Below are positions 58,719 to 64,000 of a stretch of 64,000 nucleotides of DNA, piece after piece. Below the pieces are notes generated by a model that saw nothing but the letters and a program-made list of their open reading frames with translations, made no database searches and was not told the origin of the DNA. A program made the translations under genes and the position numbers. This stretch comes from an uncultured Erysipelotrichaceae bacterium (GTDB taxonomy: Bacteria; Bacillota_I; Bacilli_A; RFN20; CAG-826), in assembly GCA_902785645.1 (NCBI GenBank), contig CACZZG010000002.1, positions 88,226 through 152,225 of the forward strand, written 5' to 3'. The first letter of the stretch is position 1. Every line of letters starts with the position of its first letter.

Positions 58719-60896
58719 ATGAAAATTAGAGGCTTGTTAATATTACTATCTGTTTTTGCTTTGTCTGCATGTGCCAAAAGTAATAGTGGAAACAATTCTT
58801 CTGATATCCCGGAAGAACAAGTCGAAAAATGTAGAGAACCATATTACCACTTAGACAAAAAGCTTGATCCAACAGAAGAAAAAGATGGATACATCATTTA
58901 TCAATGTGCTGTCTGTGGATATAAAAAAGAAGAAGTAATTCCCAAATTATCTAGTGAAAATTACGAAGTAGAAGAAATTACTTATAACTGTATCCATGGC
59001 AATGGCAAAAGATACACAAGTGAAATATATGGAACATATGAAGTGAGTGATGATATGAGAAGTAAACATACAGTCTATGGAGATGTTTGTGAAGTATGTG
59101 GACATCTCGTTGGAGAATTCAAATTCTCAGATTTTTCCACTCCAGTATGCGCTGGATATCCAAGACTATATCAATTAAGTGAATATTGGGAAAACACCTG
59201 GCTTTTAGGTGGTGATAACGGAAGAATCGTTTTAAGAAGATCATATGATAAAGGTAAAACTTGGTCTAAAGAAGACATTGTTGCTTCTATGCCTGGTTAT
59301 GCATGCGCGAACGTTGACTTCTTTGAATTACCAAATCACGACATTATTTGTTCATTCCGTGCGATCGGTAATATCAGTTCCACAAAAAATAATCGTAAGC
59401 TCCATTATGTTATCTCTTCCGATGGTGGAGAGACATGGATTGATGGTGGAGATATCGTTGATAACTTCTTATTAGGCATATCTCTTGGATATAGTGAAAA
59501 CGAAGTTACCACAGCAATGACTTTAAAGAACAATATCGGTTTCTATGAACCATATGTTGATTATATCGACAATGTTCCAACAGTCATGTATGCGGATGAC
59601 TTTACACCGATGCTCATTAAAGCTAAAGGCGCAAGTGTTTCGTTAAATTACGCGACACAATACTTGATGAGTCAAACATTCGATATGGAAACCATGAAAT
59701 GGTCAAGAGAAAGAACTATTGTCATGGATGGCACTAAAGATAAATCTCCAACCGGTAGTGGTTTAGCCCCAAGAATCTCAAGAGATGGTATGCCAGTATT
59801 TTCCAGAATGAAAGATGGAACATATGTTCTTGTCTTTGAAGGAACATATCGCGATAGTGATTATCATAGTCTAACTGGTGAACCAGCATTAAGCGAAGTT
59901 CATCCATTTGAAATCATGTTAAGTTATTCCAAAGATGGAATTACTTGGTCTAATCCAGTTGAAATATATACACCTCATAACAATCGTTCTAAATCTAGCG
60001 CACCATATATATGTGTCACAGAAGATGATCGTTTAGTGGTCTCATTCCAAACTGATGAAGAAGCCGTTTTAAGCGATAAAGTCGGTGATGCTTATTCCGT
60101 CATGAAATGTATGGTCTCTAAACCAGGTATTAAAATTGAAGATATTAATCAAGATTCATTCTTCGCTGTTAACAATGTTAACAATACACCTGTTGGTTCC
60201 GCGAGTTTATGGAACGGCATGATGCTTATTGATGATAAGTTATATACATGTTCATCTAGCTGTAGATTAAGAGTCTCAGATATTCCTGTATATGCTGATC
60301 CAAAGGATTATGAAAATGATGAAATTCATATTGATGGTGAAGAACATGTTGTTGCTATAAATAGTTCATCATTTACCGCATATAGTTCATCCAACACTGT
60401 TGTTCCATCATATGGTGAAAACAAAGTCACATTAGATAATCAAACACACGCTGAACAAAAACTAATCATTAATGATTTAGCAGTGGAAAATAAATATCAA
60501 ATTGATTGCACAATAGAAAGCGTTAGTGATAGAGATGTCAATTTTGGTTTCTATCTTGGTGCGCTTAATCCAGATAATGGTGCGGATAAGATTACCGCAC
60601 TAAATATTCATCTTGAAAGAGCGGTATCATCATTATCATGGTCCACACATCTATATGATTTTAATCAAGCTTATGCTGGCCAACTAGGATCATCTAGTAG
60701 TGCGAGTAGTGAGTCCACTACAATAAAGGTTAGAGTTATTGTTAAACAACAAACAATTAAAGTATTAATTGATAATATGAAGAAAGTTGTTAACGAATAT
60801 GAAGTACCTAATACTTATAATTTAAATGGTAAAATTGGTTTAAGAAACCAAGGTACATCTAAAGTTACTATCAGTGAATTAAAGATTACAAAATAA
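58719..60896 (+). CDS. Lipoprotein with a BNR/Asp-box beta-propeller (sialidase-like) and a C-terminal lectin-like domain
   Basis: Lipobox LSAC. Three Asp-boxes: SYDKGKTW, SSDGGETW and YSKDGITW. N-terminal Cys pairs CAVCG and CEVCG. The C-terminal beta-sandwich-like segment ends ...GKIGLRNQGTSKVTISELKITK. Confidence 0.72.
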   Translation: MKIRGLLILLSVFALSACAKSNSGNNSSDIPEEQVEKCREPYYHLDKKLDPTEEKDGYIIYQCAVCGYKKEEVIPKLSSENYEVEEITYNCIHGNGKRYTSEIYGTYEVSDDMRSKHTVYGDVCEVCGHLVGEFKFSDFSTPVCAGYPRLYQLSEYWENTWLLGGDNGRIVLRRSYDKGKTWSKEDIVASMPGYACANVDFFELPNHDIICSFRAIGNISSTKNNRKLHYVISSDGGETWIDGGDIVDNFLLGISLGYSENEVTTAMTLKNNIGFYEPYVDYIDNVPTVMYADDFTPMLIKAKGASVSLNYATQYLMSQTFDMETMKWSRERTIVMDGTKDKSPTGSGLAPRISRDGMPVFSRMKDGTYVLVFEGTYRDSDYHSLTGEPALSEVHPFEIMLSYSKDGITWSNPVEIYTPHNNRSKSSAPYICVTEDDRLVVSFQTDEEAVLSDKVGDAYSVMKCMVSKPGIKIEDINQDSFFAVNNVNNTPVGSASLWNGMMLIDDKLYTCSSSCRLRVSDIPVYADPKDYENDEIHIDGEEHVVAINSSSFTAYSSSNTVVPSYGENKVTLDNQTHAEQKLIINDLAVENKYQIDCTIESVSDRDVNFGFYLGALNPDNGADKITALNIHLERAVSSLSWSTHLYDFNQAYAGQLGSSSSASSESTTIKVRVIVKQQTIKVLIDNMKKVVNEYEVPNTYNLNGKIGLRNQGTSKVTISELKITK

Positions 60897-60908
60897 GGAG
60901 CGATAAAT

Positions 60909-61394
60909 ATGAAACAAGAAAAATACGTTATCAAAGATAAAGAATATAGTCGAGACGCACTAATTGAATACGGAATGAATGCTCGACCAGGTGTATTTTG
61001 GATTCCAAGAATGCTCGGCATTATCTTTATGGGTGCGGGTCTATTTATCATGGCTTTAATTGGAATCACAATGTTGATTCTCAATGCCACAGGTGTATTC
61101 AGTGAACCAGATTTCCCAGTATGGGTATTCTTTATTCCTTTAGGAGTATTTGGTTTATTGTTCTTAACTGGTCTTATTATATTTATTGTTTCCTTTACCG
61201 CGAACTCAGATGAAAGAAATGTTAAATATGCGATTAAGGAACTATCTAAAGACAATAGTGTTAAATCCAGTAGTGGTGAAAGACTATTAACCAAAAGAGA
61301 CGAAGACGCATTAAAGAGATATGATAGATTGCTTAAAGCCGGTGCGATGTCACAAGAAGAATATGACGAAAAAGTCAAAGAAATAAAAGGATAG
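60909..61394 (+). CDS. Membrane protein with a C-terminal SHOCT domain
   Basis: Two or three TM helices, then LKRYDRLLKAGAMSQEEYDEKVKEI, which is a typical SHOCT motif. Confidence 0.65.
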   Translation: MKQEKYVIKDKEYSRDALIEYGMNARPGVFWIPRMLGIIFMGAGLFIMALIGITMLILNATGVFSEPDFPVWVFFIPLGVFGLLFLTGLIIFIVSFTANSDERNVKYAIKELSKDNSVKSSSGERLLTKRDEDALKRYDRLLKAGAMSQEEYDEKVKEIKG

Positions 61395-61412
61395 AAAAAG
61401 AGGCAATTATTT

Positions 61413-61799
61413 ATGGCACAAATCAATGCTTTTACAAACTATTTAAGAGAAACTTTTAAGGTAAAGCTCTGGTGGGTAATCGTCCCATTTGCCTTCATTG
61501 GCCTCCTTTTTGCGGGGTTATTCTATTTATTTACCCCAATTTACATGCTTTTTGATCTTGCAAGATTTGAACTGAGAAAAATCTTATATAGCGATAACGA
61601 AAAACTTTCTGGCGCTGCACAATTCATTAAGTTCGCTATTAGTTATTTTGGTTATTTCCTTGCCGCAGTATTAACCATCTTCCAAATCGGACTATTATCA
61701 ATGATGTTTATGTTTACGTTTTTAGCTTTCTTTATTTCTAGTCTTGGAAGAGCCAGAGGAAATCCATTTAAGTTCCACGAAATTACTGAATCAAAATAA
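61413..61799 (+). CDS. Small integral membrane protein, unknown function
   Basis: 128 aa with about 3 hydrophobic helices. Follows the previous gene after an 18-nt gap. Confidence 0.5.
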   Translation: MAQINAFTNYLRETFKVKLWWVIVPFAFIGLLFAGLFYLFTPIYMLFDLARFELRKILYSDNEKLSGAAQFIKFAISYFGYFLAAVLTIFQIGLLSMMFMFTFLAFFISSLGRARGNPFKFHEITESK

Positions 61800-61817
61800 C
61801 TATAAGAGGTATTTATT

Positions 61818-62939
61818 ATGAAGAAAAATCTATTAGTGTTACTTCTTTCATCAGTCCTTCTTTTAGGTGGTTGCAATACAAGAAACAACAACCAAAGTGG
61901 ATCAGGCGGCCAAAGCGGCAAACAAAGCGAAAGCGAAACCGGAGATAAAAAGATTAAAGAAATTGCTTTAAAGGGTAGTGCGCCGGATCAAATCTACGTT
62001 ACTGAAAAAGTTGCCACAACCGCATTATTTGAAATTAGAGCGAATAAAGGTCAAACTTTAAAGACTGCGGATAAAAAAGTTACTGTTACTTCTAGTAACC
62101 CAAGTGTTTTGAAAGTGGAAAATACTGGTGCGGTTATTACCACATTCTTAAATGCTTTAAGTGCAGGTACAGTCACTGTTACTGTTCAATCTGCGATTCA
62201 AGAAGATGCAAAATTAGATATCAACTTTACCGTTCTCCCCGCAACATTTGATCGACAAGCTAATTGCTTACAAGATGTCAGTTGGGAAAATGTTGATTTA
62301 GAACATGAAGCGGATGAAGTTAATCCATATGTGAAAACTTCCGCGGATGAAGGTGTTAACCATCAATTCTTCTTTAGAGATTCATATTCTGATAGATGCT
62401 ATATGGAAAGTGAAATTACTTTCTATTCAGAAAAAGATGGTAACGCTCATTTACCAAAATTAGGATTTATCTTCTCCACGAATGAAATTAATGACACTAA
62501 TATCAAATCAGTTTCATTTATTTATCTAAATACCGATTGTAGGGGTGGTAATGATACATATTACTTCCTTCAATATAATGAAATCGCCAGCGGTGTATGG
62601 GGATGGGACTATCCCGATGGCACCCCTCTAGCGAAGAGCTACGCTTTCTATAAATATGAACCTGGTGTGAAAAAAGCCGAATCATTTAAATTAGGTGTTG
62701 TAAAAGAAGGATATAACTATCACGTCTATTTCAATGATGTATATGTGAAATCAATTAAAACCACAGATGTTGGCTTTAGCACTGATAAGACATATACACA
62801 AGCCGCACCAACAATTTGTGGTATGTTTGACTTCAAATCTGAAGTTAAATACGCAAATTACAGCTTTACAACCACGGAATCAGTGGTGACAAGTAAAATA
62901 CCTGCGGAACCAGATTTCACTAACTGGAAAGGCGAATAA
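61818..62939 (+). CDS. Lipoprotein with a Big_2-like Ig domain and a lectin/LamG-like C-terminal domain
   Basis: Lipobox LLGGC. Gly/Ser/Gln linker. VTVTSSNPSVLKVENTGAV...GTVTVTVQS is a Big_2 pattern. The C-terminal half resembles the C-terminal module of the protein at 58719-60896. Confidence 0.68.
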   Translation: MKKNLLVLLLSSVLLLGGCNTRNNNQSGSGGQSGKQSESETGDKKIKEIALKGSAPDQIYVTEKVATTALFEIRANKGQTLKTADKKVTVTSSNPSVLKVENTGAVITTFLNALSAGTVTVTVQSAIQEDAKLDINFTVLPATFDRQANCLQDVSWENVDLEHEADEVNPYVKTSADEGVNHQFFFRDSYSDRCYMESEITFYSEKDGNAHLPKLGFIFSTNEINDTNIKSVSFIYLNTDCRGGNDTYYFLQYNEIASGVWGWDYPDGTPLAKSYAFYKYEPGVKKAESFKLGVVKEGYNYHVYFNDVYVKSIKTTDVGFSTDKTYTQAAPTICGMFDFKSEVKYANYSFTTTESVVTSKIPAEPDFTNWKGE

Positions 62940-62956
62940 TAATATTATTAAGTAAG

Positions 62957-62988
62957 AAAATACTGGCACAAACCGGCCAGTATTTTTT
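62957..62988. terminator. Bidirectional terminator between convergent genes
   Basis: AAAATACTGGC...GCCAGTATTTT hairpin at 62957-62986. Confidence 0.6.
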
Positions 62989-63370
62989 ATTCCACTAATT
63001 TAGTGTTATTGCTTTTATATTCTTCGTAATCCTCTATGAGATTTAATCTATTCTCAATCTTCTTACCGAACAACGCTCCTCTTAAGATGAACATCGTAAG
63101 GAAGGCAATAAAGAATAATCCTGCAAGAGTACCAACAAAAGTGTCTAAGAAAACAAATAAGACATATGCTGATGTAAAATCGCCTGCGGACGCACGATTA
63201 TATATGCCTATACCTAAAAGAATAGAACCTATTAATGCGGCAATAAAAAGGATCATAAATATAAATCCTAATATCAGGAATAGTGTTTGCTTTTGCTTAT
63301 AGCCTTCTATTTCTCTTTTAAAATGTCTAATATCAGCATCAGTTAATTCTTCGACTCTTTTTCTTCCCAT
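62987..63370 (-). CDS. Small membrane protein, unknown function
   Basis: 127 aa. Charged N-terminus, two long hydrophobic helices, charged C-terminus. Confidence 0.5.
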   Translation of the reverse strand: MGRKRVEELTDADIRHFKREIEGYKQKQTLFLILGFIFMILFIAALIGSILLGIGIYNRASAGDFTSAYVLFVFLDTFVGTLAGLFFIAFLTMFILRGALFGKKIENRLNLIEDYEEYKSNNTKLVE

Positions 63371-63572
63371 AATAAGATCCTCTAATGAAAATATTTTAAC
63401 ACAACAACATATTTTTATTATTTGGAAGTAAAAAATACCTATTTTTCCTTATTATTTATTATTAAAAATATATATTTATATAAAAAAATTAAAAAAATAT
63501 CAAAAAAGTTATTTTACTTTGTAAAATAAAAAAGAAATTTCACAAAAAAATAAAAAAATTTTAAAAAAATAC

Positions 63573-63603
63573 TTGCACAATTTTTTGAATAAGCGCATAC
63601 TAT
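63573..63603 (+). promoter_or_regulatory. Candidate strong promoter with a phased A-tract upstream region
   Basis: -35 TTGCAC (63573-78). The -10 is either CATACT (17-nt spacer) or TACTAT (19-nt spacer). A5-A7 tracts recur about every 9-11 nt from 63482 to 63569, like a UP element. Confidence 0.35.
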
Positions 63604-63609
63604 TCTAAT

Positions 63610-64000
63610 CCAAACGGGAAACCGCTTGGTAAGAAATGAATACTGATAGGTATTCACTTCTTAAATCTAGGTAAGTCAATCGACGCAGGAAACGAAGTTG
63701 ATACGGCGGTTCTGAAACTCAAATGCTTCAGATTAGCGATTGCTCTAGTAAGTAGTTGATCTTGTATCAGCTACAGGGTCGTTCCTCCCTGCTACAGTGG
63801 ATGCTGAGTTAGAATTTAACAGCGTAAAACCACCGCCCGACACGATCGAAGAGGAAAAGACATAAACGATAAGCTTAATACCTTATCACCGATCATTCAC
63901 GCTAAAATCAACTCAAAACGTGAAATAAGATAAGAATCCTCGGATATCTTATTAAAGGGATCATCAAATTCAGCCGAATCTTAAGACAGTCAACCATTAG
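63610..64000 (+). ncRNA. Unassigned hairpin-dense non-coding region (novel ncRNA or rRNA-operon leader), truncated by the window end
   Basis: No ORF of 60 aa or more in any frame after 63370. GC content is clearly higher than in the flanking spacer. Long stems: AAGAAATGAATAC/GTATTCACTTCTT (63631-63662), GTAGTTGAT/ATCAGCTAC (63751-63773), GATAAG/CTTATC (63868-63887) and AATAAGATA/TATCTTATT (63925-63953). Possible long-range AACCGC/GCGGTT pairing (63619-24 / 63706-11). Confidence 0.4.

Noticed and set aside
60815-61426. 203-aa minus-strand ORF in the track, the longest unexplained ORF
   Set aside because: It is fully antisense to the SHOCT-domain gene and to the ends of its neighbours. It is Ser/Leu/Ile-rich and low in complexity, as expected for the reverse frame of an AT-rich coding region. 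It has no RBS. The plus-strand genes have recognisable domains and tight operon spacing.
63610-64000. Attempted assignment of the terminal structured region to RNase P RNA, tmRNA, 6S RNA, a T-box, a known riboswitch (TPP, FMN, cobalamin, ykkC, M-box, glmS), a group II intron, or the 16S 5' end
   Set aside because: None of the diagnostic conserved strings is present. These include GAGGAAAGUCC, a GGGG... tRNA-like end with tag ORF, GGUGGUACCGCG, CUGAGA..ACCUGAUC, GUGCG and AGAGUUUGAUC. Only weak partial resemblances occur (ACGGCGG, GGAUGCUG, and a boxA-like TGCTCT). The region is therefore left unassigned.

Overview
AT-rich chromosomal window that starts at the replication origin of a Firmicutes/Mollicutes-like bacterium. 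It uses the standard genetic code: TGA is a stop and TGG encodes Trp. All calls come from reading the sequence and from motif recall. No database search was run.

**Layout**
- 1-12.4 kb: classic origin synteny. rpmH-rnpA diverge from a bipartite DnaA-box oriC, followed by dnaA-dnaN-yaaA-recF-gyrB-gyrA, a glycosyltransferase and serS.
- 12.4-19.4 kb: a small SRP RNA abutting tadA, a P-type ATPase, psuG, a TetR regulator, an Fe-ADH and a degenerate S2P-like membrane protein.
- 19.4-26.8 kb (minus strand): two tandem membrane-anchored Endonuclease-I paralogs, then pmbA and tldD.
- 26.9-29.2 kb: guanine deaminase, an LRAT-like protein and a DUF1015-like protein.
- 29.2-46.5 kb: the most notable locus. 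Carbamate kinase diverges from a tightly packed 14-gene operon. The operon holds a MocA-like protein, two xanthine-dehydrogenase-family trios in mirrored gene order, HyuA-like and SsnA-like amidohydrolases, a PreA-like flavoprotein, two fold-type-II PLP enzymes, and YgeY-like and YgeW-like proteins. I read it as a streamlined, non-canonical anaerobic purine/urate catabolic system ending in ATP formation.
- 46.5-57 kb: a structured 510-bp spacer with a hidden 37-codon ORF, then rpmE, a zinc-ribbon membrane protein, metG, a C-S lyase, a lipoprotein 5'-nucleotidase that shares a palindromic promoter with pit, a DUF47 protein and rlmD.
- 57-63.4 kb: an accessory block of zinc-ribbon, BNR-lipoprotein, SHOCT and small membrane proteins.
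- 63.4-64 kb: an A-tract-rich promoter region followed by about 390 nt of hairpin-dense sequence with no ORF. This is an unassigned ncRNA or rRNA-operon leader, cut off by the window end.

I found no tRNA, rRNA, CRISPR array, IS element or in-frame TGA.
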